Origin: Octopus bimaculoides
Lineage: Eukaryota
Reading direction: 5' to 3'
Length of the DNA stretch: 44,564 nucleotides
Assembly: GCF_001194135.2 (NCBI RefSeq)
Contig: NC_068988.1
Coordinates: 22,739,187 to 22,783,750 of the forward strand
The notes beneath the pieces are model-generated. The model worked only from the letters and a program-made list of their open reading frames with translations. It did no database searches and had not been told where the DNA came from. Position numbers and translations under genes: made by a program. Below are positions 1 through 11,840 of this stretch, piece after piece (positions within the stretch are counted from its first letter, which is position 1; the number at the start of each line of letters is the position of its first letter).

Positions 1-525
1 ATGCAGCATATAAGCTATTGGGAAAGACTCAAGAGATTAAGACTCTATTCCTTAGAGCGTAGACGAGAAAGATATGCCATAATATACATCTGGAAGATCC
101 TCGAAGGAATTGTCCCAAACTTTGGCATCGAAAGTTACACAAATAAAAGAACTGGACGCCATTGCATAGTGCCAAGGACTCCAAATTTGCCATGAAGATG
201 TAGGACAAGATGCTGCAATAGCCTGGGCTTCAAAGGTCCACAGCTCTTCAGTATCCTCCCGAAGGACCTGAGAGACCTGCATGCGGTGGATGTAAGTGTC
301 TTCAAGACAGGGCTGGACCTCTTCCTGTCAGGTGTCCTAGATGAACCAACTTCACGTCAGGAGGCGCAGATGAGAGCAGCTGCATCAAACTCTCTCATGC
401 ACCAAATGTCAATTCCTGAAGTAAAATTCATGAAGTAAAATTGTGTAGCAACACCAAATGGCGGTGCCCCAGCATGGCCACAGCTCATGAGCTGAAACTA
501 GATAAAATGAAAATGAAAAAAATGA
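1..525 (+). mobile_element. 3' end of a CR1/L2-group LINE: ORF2 C-terminus (1-438, one in-frame TGA at 193-195), short 3' UTR with stem-loop, (AAATG)-type tail
   Basis: Translation YWERLKRLRLYSLERRRERYAIIYIWKILEG...FKGPQLFSILPKDLRDL...FKTGLDLFLSGVLDEP...AAASNSLMHQ matches the post-RT C-terminal signature of CR1/L2-group ORF2 (established family pattern, recalled). The frame stays open after the single stop until TAA at 436-438; the tail aaaatgaaaatgaaaaaaatga follows. Confidence 0.85.
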
Positions 526-1290
526 TATATATATATATCTGTGTGTGTGTGTGTGTATGCCTATGTGAGTGTGTCTATATATAGATACATATATAAATAT
601 GTATACATGTATGTATGGGTGTATGAGCATACATAACTAGATAGATAGATAGACAGACATACAGATAGATAGATAGATAGACAGACATAAGTATATTACA
701 TATATAGCTACTGAATTGGTGAGGGTATGAACGTCTGTCGGCAACAAAAGTAACCATTGGTAGAAATGCGGAATGAATAAAGACCAGACTTCATTGTATT
801 CTTGCTGTAATCCACTTCTATTGCATTTTATTGTCTTTGCTTAGACCCTGACAAATCCTACGTCATCACACATTGACTAAAAGTACTCTACTCGTCATAA
901 ACACATCATTTCTTCTTTACAATATTCATTGGAATATTTTATCTCGCATGACTACACAAGAGCCACCCCAGCCCAATATTGTTTCTTCATAACTTCCAGA
1001 AAAATGGATATTTGCTTAATGAAATTTTCTACAAATACACTTCAGATGGTGTAGGTTATGATTATAACAGTATTTAGTGCGGCAAATTTTTTCCGAGGAT
1101 GTGGTGAACGGTTTGGTAAAATTCACATGCATCAGCTTTGTTTCCTCATATCTTTCATAAAAATTGGCATTTCTTAAAGAAAATTTCTACAAATACCTTT
1201 CGGAGTAGATGGATTAAGATTGTGTCGGAATCTGGGGTGGAAAGAAAAATAGTGATCAAGCATGCATACATAGTGACACATAGATTTTTT

Positions 1291-1438
1291 TGCGTCACTG
1301 GTACTTAATCTATCGACTCCGAAAGGATGAAAGGCAAAATCGACCTCGGCGGAATTTGAACTCAGAACGTAACGGCAGACGAAATACTGCGAAGCATTTC
1401 GTCCGGCGTGCTAACGCTTCTACCAGCTCGCCGCCTTA
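1291..1438 (-). mobile_element. SINE family A copy (tRNA-derived head plus CCTTTCATCCTTTCGG core), 3'-truncated
   Basis: Reverse complement reads AAGGCGGCGAGCTGGTAGAAGCGTTAGCACG...GAGTTCAAATTCCGCCGAGGTCGATTTTGCCTTTCATCCTTTCGGAGTCGATAGATTAAGTACCAG, with pol III A- and B-box-like motifs; at least 10 related copies in the window. Confidence 0.9.
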
Positions 1439-2107
1439 GAGTGTCCCTTATATTAACAAACAAATTTAAATATAAAAAATTATCAACAATTATTCATTAT
1501 TTCTATTTATAAAATATTGTTAATAAAGCGTTTAGTGAAACAAAATACTTAGAACGAAGAGCAGCATCGGAGTGATTCGAACTAAGAAGGCAAAACGAAT
1601 TCATTAAATGCCATACCGTAAATCATTAACAAGAAAACTACTTTAGATATAGTGTAGTAATTGACGCAGAACACTTAATGGAGTTATATTAATTAAAAGT
1701 TACTGAACTATAGCCGATTAGGATTGGGCTTAGAATTTGAGCAGGTATTTGATGTAGATAATATTGTCATCTGTGTGCAATATCACTTTACCGTGCTCTC
1801 ACGCAGACATAAAATACACAATGGTGGGATAGCAATAGGAATAGATAACTAATTATGCATAAAAGCAACGTTCAGATAACAGTATTTAAAGCAATAACAT
1901 TAATTAATTGACGCTTCGTTCCATTTTAAAACATAATTTTTAAAAATATATATCTAGCGTTTTATATTTCATATTTTCAACCGGATAGTGGTGGATGAAG
2001 TGGACGAGGCTATATGTTGTTACTTGTTTTGTTGTTAGTTGTTTTATTACTGCTTGTTTACGTCGTTGTTGTTGTTGTTGTTGTTTGAGCCAGGTAAGTT
2101 GTTCAGA

Positions 2108-2694
2108 CGTTTCCAAGATGGCCGAAAAAATGTCGATGGTGACGAACGTTCTGGGAGACCTGCGACCAACAGAACTGAAAAAAAAAACATCGCTGATGTG
2201 CTGTGAGGGGAAACCGTCGAATCACCAGCCGCGAGTTATCAGAGGATGTGCAGATTAGTTACGGTTCACTTCAGTCCATTATCACTGAATAGTGTGTGTG
2301 AGGGCGCATGTCTACCAAATTTATGATAAAACTGCTTTCAGCTGAACAAAAGGACATTCGGGCTTCATTTGCATAATGTCTCATTGATTGTGTCCAGAAT
2401 GATGAAAACTTTCAGAAAACTTTGCCTAGGCCTTTGATCAGGTCGCATCAAGCTTTTGGCAATATTTGTTGCAGATTCTCTGCTCAACTTTCTGTCATGT
2501 TCAATGCGACGATAACACGCTACACACCTTCAATCCAACCACTACCATAAACAATAGAAGTGAGCTAGAACGTTTCAACTTAGTGCACATGCGCAACAGA
2601 GTCCAAGGTCAATTTGTGCCTAGCGGCTTCACTCTGTATGATTTAGCTTCGTTACTAGGACAACAGTCCGGATACTTATTGATCAGACTACGTA
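2108..2694 (+). mobile_element. Internally deleted mariner element: N-terminal transposase pseudogene fragment plus right TIR
   Basis: Frameshifted translation RFQDGRKNVDGDERSGRP...NRRITSRELSEDVQISYGSLQSIITE...STKFMIKLLSAEQKDIR...NDENFQK (HTH and linker region of mariner). 2665-2694 AGTCCGGATACTTATTGATCAGACTACGTA resembles a mariner TIR ending in TA. Absent from the ORF track because of stops and frameshifts. Confidence 0.8.
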
Positions 2695-3469
2695 TATGTA
2701 TATGCGCGCGCGCGTGTGTGTTTGTGTGTGTGTGTCTGTATCTGTACACGCAGCCAGCGCAATATTTATTCCAATTTGAAACAAAATTGTTTAAACAATT
2801 GGCAATTAGCACTTCTATGATTGCAGCGACGGTTTCTGCTTAAACCTGTTAGCAAATCCTATATTCGAAGCGAATAATTTCCCTCAAATTCAATAAACAA
2901 TTTTTCTGCAAAGAACGATGTATAAACGTATATATCATTTCCATGGTAACATAGGAACAAATTCACCTCAATCTTGGGTGTATTACAATCTAAGTTAATT
3001 CTGATTAAAGATGCAAGCAATTCCATTCTAGAAATATTATTTCTTAAACTCCCATATTAGCATATTTCTGCGTATATATCCATACTGATGCAGATAAAAC
3101 AAGTATCTGTGCTCCACTATGTGCATAAACGTACAAATATATTCATTAAAACAATATTTTTTAGAATTCCGCTTACACATAGTGATACAAATAAACAATC
3201 GTTTGAACTCGTGTGACTGTCGCGCAGTTCGTATACAGTAATATGTGTATATATATAAATATATATATATATATANNNNNNNNNNNNNNNNNNNNNNNNN
3301 NNNNNNNNNNNNNNNNNNNNNNNNNNNNNNNNNNNNNNNNNNNNNNNNNNNNNNNNNNNNNNNNNNNNNNNNNNNNNNNNNNNNNNNNNNNNNNNNNNNN
3401 NNNNNNNNNNNNNNNNNNNNNNNNNNNNNNNNNNNNNNNNNNNNNNNNNNNNNNNNNNNNNNNNNNNNN

Positions 3470-4020
3470 TTTGAGTCATTTCACTGCGGCCATGCTGGAG
3501 CAAGGCCTTTAGTCGAACAAATCAACCCCAGGACTTATTCTTTCTAAGCCTGGTACTTTTCTATCGTCACCTTTACCGAACCGCTAAGTTACGGTGATGT
3601 AAGCACACCAGAATCGGTTGCAAAGCGATGTTGGAGGGGGGCACAGGCACACAAACAAACAAACACACACACACACACACATACACACACACCAAATACC
3701 TGCGAACCTGGAGAAATACGTTGCGTGGAAACAATTGTAGTGATTACAAATAAATGTTCTTTTGTACTCCTCTTGTTGACTCCCCCTTATTCACTTATTC
3801 AACTCTGTGTGTGGGTGTGCGTGTGCGTGTGCGTGTGTGGGTGTATGTGTACGACAGGGCTCAGGTCTCTTTTATTTTCCGTCAATCACACTTGCAAAGC
3901 TTTGGTCAGCTTGGGGCTATAGAAGGAGACATTTGCCCAAGGTGGGACATAGTACGACTTGAATCAGAAACTATGTTTCTGGAAAGCAAATTTTCCTACG
4001 ACAGAGTCACACCTGCGCCT
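3470..4020 (-). mobile_element. SINE family B (bipartite tRNA/CORE-like head, internal microsatellite, LINE-like tail), diverged, with expanded middle
   Basis: Tail 3470-3650 matches 21113-21312 and 30433-30620; head 3850-4020 matches 20316-20472; (CA)n, about 110 bp of unique DNA and (GT)n lie between. Confidence 0.8.
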
Positions 4021-4740
4021 TTATACAAATACACATATACACGTAATATATAAAGGAACACTACACATTCATACAAGTATGCAATCACGCACACGTGTGT
4101 GTGTGTGTGTGCGTGCGTGGATTGACAATGTAACTGGGTGTAAAAGATAAATAAGATGTGAAATAAAAACGGCTCAACAATTTCATAAGTTTCACATTTG
4201 TTCAAACCGCCAACATTGAACAAATAAATATTTCAATTGACATGAAGAATAAAGGAAGAATACGTTGAATCCACACAGCATAAAAGTATACACTCTTTAT
4301 GAAATTCATGATATATGTCTATACACTTAGCTGTGAAGTTCATCTTACCGATTTCTGTACTTCTATATGGTTCATAATAGGAGTATCTCGATATACGCAT
4401 TCAAACAGCTCCTGGTAAATATTTTCCTCAAACTGTTATTGAAATGAAAGCGTTTATCTACTTGTTCGAGGAAGCTATTAGATATGTTGTTCTCTGCGTT
4501 TATTGAGCTTGGAAATATGGACCAGATAATTTATGTGTAGATATAGAAACGTACAAGACATAATGTCATGTGCCTTTTCTTATCTCATGGGAGTGAGGTT
4601 TTAGGTGTATATTTGATCTTTTCTTTTGAACGCACTATTTGCTAAAGCACTTTGTATAAACACCTTTATACTGCAACAATAAGGCTTCGAAAATGAACAC
4701 ATGTGAATGTGTATGTGTGTATATGCCCATATGCGTATAT

Positions 4741-4775
<35 letters not shown>

Positions 4776-5616
4776 NNNNNNNNNNNNNNNNNNNNNNNNN
4801 NNNNNNNNNNNNNNNNNNNNNNNNNNNNNNNNNNNNNNNNNNNNNNNNNNNNNNNNNNNNNNNNNNNNNNNNNNNNNNNNNNNNNNNNNNNNNNNNNNNN
4901 NNNNNNNNNNNNNNNNNNNNNNNNNNNNNNNNNNNNNNNNNNNNNNNNNNNNNNNNNNNNNNNNNNNNNNNNNNNNNNNNNNNNNNNNNNNNNNNNNNNN
5001 NNNNNNNNNNNNNNNNNNNNNNNNNNNNNNNNNNNNNNNNNNNNNNNNNNNNNNNNNNNNNNNNNNNNNNNNNNNNNNNNNNNNNNNNNNNNNNNNNNNN
5101 NNNNNNNNNNNNNNNNNNNNNNNNNNNNNNNNNNNNNNNNNNNNNNNNNNNNNNNNNNNNNNNNNNNNNNNNNNNNNNNNNNNNNNNNNNNNNNNNNNNN
5201 NNNNNNNNNNNNNNNNNNNNNNNNNNNNNNNNNNNNNNNNNNNNNNNNNNNNNNNNNNNNNNNNNNNNNNNNNNNNNNNNNNNNNNNNNNNNNNNNNNNN
5301 NNNNNNNNNNNNNNNNNNNNNNNNNNNNNNNNNNNNNNNNNNNNNNNNNNNNNNNNNNNNNNNNNNNNNNNNNNNNNNNNNNNNNNNNNNNNNNNNNNNN
5401 NNNNNNNNNNNNNNNNNNNNNNNNNNNNNNNNNNNNNNNNNNNNNNNNNNNNNNNNNNNNNNNNNNNNNNNNNNNNNNNNNNNNNNNNNNNNNNNNNNNN
5501 NNNNNNNNNNNNNNNNNNNNNNNNNNNNNNNNNTATATATATATATATATTCACTTTAAACAATAATTTGGAAGTATTTACTACTATGACATTCAATGCA
5601 CTATGATTGACGATTC

Positions 5617-5740
5617 TAAGGTGAGGTGCTGGAAGGAGCGCTGCAGCACCGTAGAAAATGCTTTGCGACACTTCTTCGGGTTCGTTAATATCTAATTTCA
5701 AACGCTACCGAGGTCGACATTACTTTTCATCGTTTCGTTG
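5617..5740 (+). mobile_element. Highly diverged SINE family A copy
   Basis: aaggtgaggtgctgg...ccgaggtcgacattacttttcatcgtttcg aligns by eye to the family A head and core. Confidence 0.6.
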
Positions 5741-6289
5741 TCCAAAAACAACGAAAGTAGAAGCTGAGAACTAGGGTCAATGAAATAGGCTTCAGCTTCT
5801 GAAAACTGCTGGCCATGAAATAAAATCAGACAGAATTATAACTTACGATTATTTATCGTACCTTCTGTCGGTCCCTATGAGTCGTTTGTTTTAAAATGGT
5901 GTCGTATCAGGCATTTCAGTTACTCAGTTCGATTGACTACATACTACTATCTTCATATTGCTAATTTCGAGGTTGTTCTTGGTGAACAACAAATCGAATC
6001 CCAAGGAAAACATAACAGATATTTTATAATTTGAGTGCATTTTAATTACCGCTTCTTTCTGTCTCATGCATACAACGGCTAGTGACGATGAAATTGGAGT
6101 ATTATTTGTGGTGGCCATAGCCGTATTGTTCTTGTTAATTGCACTGTTGCTTCTGTTCAGTCTCAAGTCAGTCCGCATTGAACAAAGATTCAAATGATTT
6201 CATTCAATTCTTAAAATACATTAGGATAATATATTGTCTGATTGGAAATGTTTGTATTTTAGATGTTGTTGCTTATCCTGCTCACAATG

Positions 6290-6341
<52 letters not shown>

Positions 6342-6480
6342 GAGAGAGAGGGTGGTGATGAGCTAATCGTTGTAAGACAAACAGAAACCGGCAAAATTCC
6401 CAACTTACACTCCTTGTTTACAAGTAACATATACGCAGAACCTAATATACACAAGCGCACACACATGTATATAGGTATAC

Positions 6481-6516
<36 letters not shown>

Positions 6517-7285
6517 NNNNNNNNNNNNNNNNNNNNNNNNNNNNNNNNNNNNNNNNNNNNNNNNNNNNNNNNNNNNNNNNNNNNNNNNNNNNNNNNNNNN
6601 NNNNNNNNNNNNNNNNNNNNNNNNNNNNNNNNNNNNNNNNNNNNNNNNNNNNNNNNNNNNNNNNNNNNNNNNNNNNNNNNNNNNNNNNNNNNNNNNNNNN
6701 NNNNNNNNNNNNNNNNNNNNNNNNNNNNNNNNNNNNNNNNNNNNNNNNNNNNNNNNNNNNNNNNNNNNNNNNNNNNNNNNNNNNNNNNNNNNNNNNNNNN
6801 NNNNNNNNNNNNNNNNNNNNNNNNNNNNNNNNNNNNNNNNNNNNNNNNNNNNNNNNNNNNNNNNNNNNNNNNNNNNNNNNNNNNNNNNNNNNNNNNNNNN
6901 NNNNNNNNNNNNNNNNNNNNNNNNNNNNNNNNNNNNNNNNNNNNNNNNNNNNNNNNNNNNNNNNNNNNNNNNNNNNNNNNNNNNNNNNNNNNNNNNNNNN
7001 NNNNNNNNNNNNNNNNNNNNNNNNNNNNNNNNNNNNNNNNNNNNNNNNNNNNNNNNNNNNNNNNNNNNNNNNNNNNNNNNNNNNNNNNNNNNNNNNNNNN
7101 NNNNNNNNNNNNNNNNNNNNNNNNNNNNNNNNNNNNNNNNNNNNNNNNNNNNNNNNNNNNNNNNNNNNNNNNNNNNNNNNNNNNNNNNNNNNNNNNNNNN
7201 NNNNNNNNNNNNNNNNNNNNNNNNNNNNNNNNNNNNNNNNNNNNNNNNNNNNNNNNNNNNNNNNNNNNNNNNNNNNNNNNNNNNN

Positions 7286-7337
<52 letters not shown>

Positions 7338-7526
7338 GCATGTGTGTGAGAGTATAAATGTATGTATGGATGGCTATATATGTATATATATACATATATC
7401 ATACATATATATACATACATAAATATATACCTACATACATTCATATATGTTTTCCTATCTATTTATCCGCCTATTTATGTATGTGCCTCTCTATCTCACT
7501 CTCTCTCTCTCTCTCACTCTCTCTTT

Positions 7527-7560
<34 letters not shown>

Positions 7561-8049
7561 TATAACCTCTCCGTTGCCAACTTCATATCATACGCAGCTG
7601 TGCTACTAATTACAGATTGCTTTAGAATTACTAAATCCCCGAGTATTTGTCGTCCAGTTCCAATCATCAAGGAAATTGTTCGGTTGTGCATATTCAATGT
7701 CCTTGGGAATGGATTTAAGTTATTTAACAAGGCAACTTCTATTCAACAGAATAATAAGCTAAGCTGTAAAATTATGCAGAGTTGGTTGTTTCGTCTATTG
7801 TTCTCGCTGCTATTGTTGTTATTGTAGTTATTATTTAATCGCAGATTAGTCGCAGTAAAGTATGACTAGATCGTTTTATAGTATACACAACCCTTTCGTT
7901 ACCGTTCCAAAGTTTAGTTAGAGGAAATGGTACGTGTATGGTTCTAAATATTAAGTTTGCCGTTCGGTGTTACACACACACCCACACATATACATACATC
8001 CATACATACACTTATACGTAAATATATTTACGCGTTAATATTTGGTCTC

Positions 8050-8268
8050 TTTATTGCCCACCGGGGGTTAAACATAGAGGGAGCAAACAAGGACAGACAA
8101 AGGGATTAAGTCGATTACATCGTCCCCAGTGCGTAACTGGTACTTAATTTATCGGCCCCGAAAGGATGAAAGGCAAAGTCGACCTCGGCGCAATTTGAAC
8201 TCAGAACATAAAGACAGACCAAATACCGTTAAACATTTCGCCCGGTGTGCTAACGTTTCTACCAGCTC
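8050..8268 (-). mobile_element. SINE family A copy, near full length (tail type A1)
   Basis: Head, core and 3' part aaggacagacaaagggattaagtcgattacatcg match the copy at 33072-33307. Confidence 0.9.
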
Positions 8269-8290
8269 AAGGTTAATATTTCTAGCGCCA

Positions 8291-8505
8291 AAAGCGGCGA
8301 GCCGGCTGAATCTTTAGCAGCCCGGGCGAAATGCATAGCGTTACTTCGCCCGAATTTGCGTTCCGAGTTCAAATTTCGCCGAGGTCGCCTTTGCCATTTT
8401 TTCTTTTCGGGGCGATAAAATAAGTACCAGTGAAGCATTGGGATCTATGCAATTACCCTTCTCCTGAATTCCTGACCTGGTTCCAAAATTTGAAACCAAT
8501 ATCTA
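8291..8505 (+). mobile_element. SINE family A copy (tail type A2), head-to-head with 8050-8268
   Basis: aaagcggcgagccggctgaatctttagcagcccgggcgaaatgc...gagttcaaatttcgccgaggtcgcctttgcc...ataagtaccag. Its last 138 bp are repeated after the N-gap (8659-8803). Confidence 0.85.
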
Positions 8506-9452
8506 NNNNNNNNNNNNNNNNNNNNNNNNNNNNNNNNNNNNNNNNNNNNNNNNNNNNNNNNNNNNNNNNNNNNNNNNNNNNNNNNNNNNNNNNNNNNNNN
8601 NNNNNNNNNNNNNNNNNNNNNNNNNNNNNNNNNNNNNNNNNNNNNNNNNNNNNNNNNNTTCAAATTTCGCCGAGGTCGCCTTTGCCATTTTTTCTTTTCG
8701 GGGCGATAAAATAAGTACCAGTGAAGCATTGGGATCTATGCAATTATCGTATACCCTTCTCCTGAATTCCTGACCTGGTTCCAAAATTTGAAACCAATAT
8801 CTATAGCTGTATGTACTTCGAGTTTCAACGTTAAAGACAATACGCATTCTTATCTGTCTCCTATCTTCTCTCTTCTCAAAGAATATTCCTCCAGTGTTTG
8901 CTATATTACCTCGTCTGTCCTAAAGGCCCTCCATATTTGTTTTCGTTTGGTTTGTTGTATGTTTCCATTTTCCCGTTTTTTGTTACCAACTTTGACCCTC
9001 CCCAAATCCCAAATTTTATTGTGGTTCCCGGGAGCAACTGTTTTCCGGATCCTCATATTGTCGTTGATTGCTCGAAATGTGGAGTAGATGAACGGCCGAC
9101 AACTGATGAAGGGTCGTTCTTTATGTTGTTTTCCATTTGTTTCTCCCGTTGTTTGCATACCCAAATTTGCCTTCCTATTTCATGCTGTTTACGTTTTGCG
9201 ACGTCCTGTACCCATGTATGCAGATATATATATACATATGTATGTAAGTATGTACATATATGTATGCATATATGCATATATATATTAAATGAAATTTACA
9301 GAAAAACAAAAAACGATGACAGGTGTTTAAACAATAAACAGGTGTATTAGTTTAACGCTTGGGAAGGTGAGAAAGTCTTTTACGTTTCGAGCCTGCGCCC
9401 TTCAACAGAAAGGAACACAAGGAAATAACAAAGAGAGAATAAAAAACTTTTG

Positions 9453-9562
<110 letters not shown>

Positions 9563-9977
9563 CAGGCCTGCACGTATGTACAGCTCCACACGAGATATGT
9601 CAAATATGAAATACATTTCTTTTTCTTTTTTTCTTTTTTCTATAGTAAATATCTCCTTCAAAACAGTTAAATTTCCCTTTAGATAACACCATTTCAAACG
9701 TTTCTTTAAACATGGAAGACGTCCGGCAACAAAATTTTACAGGAAGTGCACAATTGTTATAACGAACTGTGTTCGATCCCACCTATCAGCTGAAGTCGGT
9801 AACGTTTCAAATTGGTTTCATTGGGAATTTTCACCCCCAAAGAAAATAGAAATTCATCAAGGACGAATTAGGCCATAAACGACGATTACATACCAATTGC
9901 TGTCTTGTACTTTGCCGAAAATTCGAGATCAACTCGAACACGTCAGCTTGGGTGTTTTACTTTGAGTCTACTAAAAA

Positions 9978-10371
9978 TATGTGGCCCAGTGGTTAGGGCA
10001 GCGGACTCGCGGTCATAGGATTGCCGTTTCGATTCCCAGACCGGGCGTTGTCAGTGTTTATTGAGCGAAAACACCTAAGGCTCCAGGAGGTTCTGGCAGG
10101 GGATGGTGGCGAACCCTGGTGTACTCTTTCACCACAACTTTCTCTCACTCTTACTTCCTGTTTCTGTTGTGCCTGAAATTCAAATGGTCAGCCTTGTCAC
10201 ACTGTGTCACGCTGAATATCCCCGAGAACTACGTTAAAGGTACACGTGTCTGTGGAGTGCTCAGCCACTTGCACGTTAATTTCACGAGCAGGTTGTTCCG
10301 TTGATCAGATCAACTGGAACCCTCGACGTCGTAAGCGACGGAGTGCCAACAACAACAACAACAACAACAAC
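9978..10371 (+). mobile_element. SINE family C, full length: tRNA-derived head, 3' stem-loop, (CAA)n tail
   Basis: A-box TGGCCCAGTGG (9982-9992), B-box-like GTTTCGATTCC (10026-10036), hairpin CGTCG-TAAG-CGACG (10327-10340), (CAA)n to 10371; second partial copy at 14001-14170. Confidence 0.85.
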
Positions 10372-11413
10372 TTGAAATATACTCATCCCAGTTTCAAACC
10401 AAGACCCATCAGACTTGTTGAATGAATGTCTGTTCCATGTACAGTCATTATGTGTGTGCGTGTATATTCATACTCATAAATATGCATATGTTTATGTGTT
10501 TGAGTGTATATGAAGTTTTGATTGCACACATGCATACACACTTATATACGTTATGTAGCACTTCACCAATCATATGATTCTGTATATTACTGTAGCGATG
10601 AACATTCCTTGTTTGTTGACTACTAACTGCGACAATGCTGTAATTACTACGCTGGCTTACATTTGAGCAGTCACCACCCATAATTTCATAATTTCGTTTA
10701 TCACCTGGGGACAGACAGACGAGGAAAACATAATTATTTTATTTTGTATCAAAACCTGATAATTACTATCATTATCATTATTACCATTGTTTTATCAATG
10801 TAATTATGGTATCGTTGTATCACTAGAATCATTTAAAATATTAATTATAATTACCATAATGTTGATTGTTACAAAAAAAATAATAATTAATACTTTCTTG
10901 TATACAAAGATTTTAGTTATAATTGTCCTCTGTTTTAGTCCTGTTGGTGTTAATTACTTTAACAGCAGAATCAGTCAGCGTCTTAACCCTAGAAAACGTA
11001 AAGTGTGTGGTCATAACTAAATACTAGCGTTTCATAAGTAACTCTGTGTAATATCACCATTTATTAACAATCGTTCAATGCAATCACGATGTAATGTAAA
11101 AAGTTCTAGTCTAGTTACTTTACAAATCCCTTGCCGAATTGATTGATATATTGCGGAATAGCATTGCAAATAATCATATTTTGAAATCAATCAATACGTT
11201 GGTATTCCAGTTGGAGCAAATAAATTGCTTGGCGTTCATTATCTACCTGATTATCGCATCGTATTTGATCATTTGCTAAAATACCTTTGGATATTTCCGT
11301 TAGCAATTCTAAAATCTCCATGTTTCCGGAAAAGCGATCTGAGTTCTCAGGAGAAATTGCCATACGTGATTGGCTCTTTTTGTAAATATATTCAATACCA
11401 TACAAAGAATATG

Positions 11414-11568
11414 AAGGTGAGGAATGACAGAATCGTCTGTAAACACGACAAAATGGTCAGAACAATTCCGTTCGCCTCTTTACGTTCTGAGTTCAAATTC
11501 CGCCGAGACTGACTTAGCCTTTCATCCTTTCGCAGTTGATAAAATAAAGTAACAGTCAAATACTGGGT
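11414..11568 (+). mobile_element. SINE family A copy, diverged head
   Basis: ttacgttctgagttcaaattccgccgagactgacttagcctttcatcctttcgcagttgataaaataaagtaacag matches the family core. Confidence 0.85.
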
Positions 11569-11840
11569 CTCATGTAAGCGACTAATCTTCTCCCACAAAA
11601 TTTGCTGGCATTGTACTAATATTTGAAGCAATTATCATTNNNNNNNNNNNNNNNNNNNNNNNNNNNNNNNNNNNNNNNNNNNNNNNNNNNNNNNNNNNNN
11701 NNNNNNNNNNNNNNNNNNNNNNNNNNNNNNNNNNNNNNNTATATATATATATATGTATGTTTGTATACTTGCATGTATGTATTTGTGTAGGCATTTTTCT
11801 GTGTACGTATGTAGGTAAGTATGTATGTATGTATGTATGT

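Noticed and set aside
8659-8803. Apparent tandem duplication of 8368-8505 across an N-gap
   Set aside because: Identical except for a 7-bp indel (TCGTATA) and located exactly at both gap edges: most likely unmerged contig ends from two haplotypes rather than a real duplication.
8830-9210. Purine-rich minus-strand frames (KQREKQMENNIKNDP...) that might be a decayed retroelement ORF
   Set aside because: No motif I can assign with confidence; needs TBLASTX or Dfam.
9978-10040. tRNA-like sequences here and at other SINE heads
   Set aside because: They have A/B boxes but no complete cloverleaf or acceptor stem and continue into SINE bodies; not tRNA genes.
11120-11410. Protein-looking frames on both strands (MEILELLTEISKGILAN; FEINQYVGIPVGANK)
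   Set aside because: No recognisable domain and no consistent splice boundaries.
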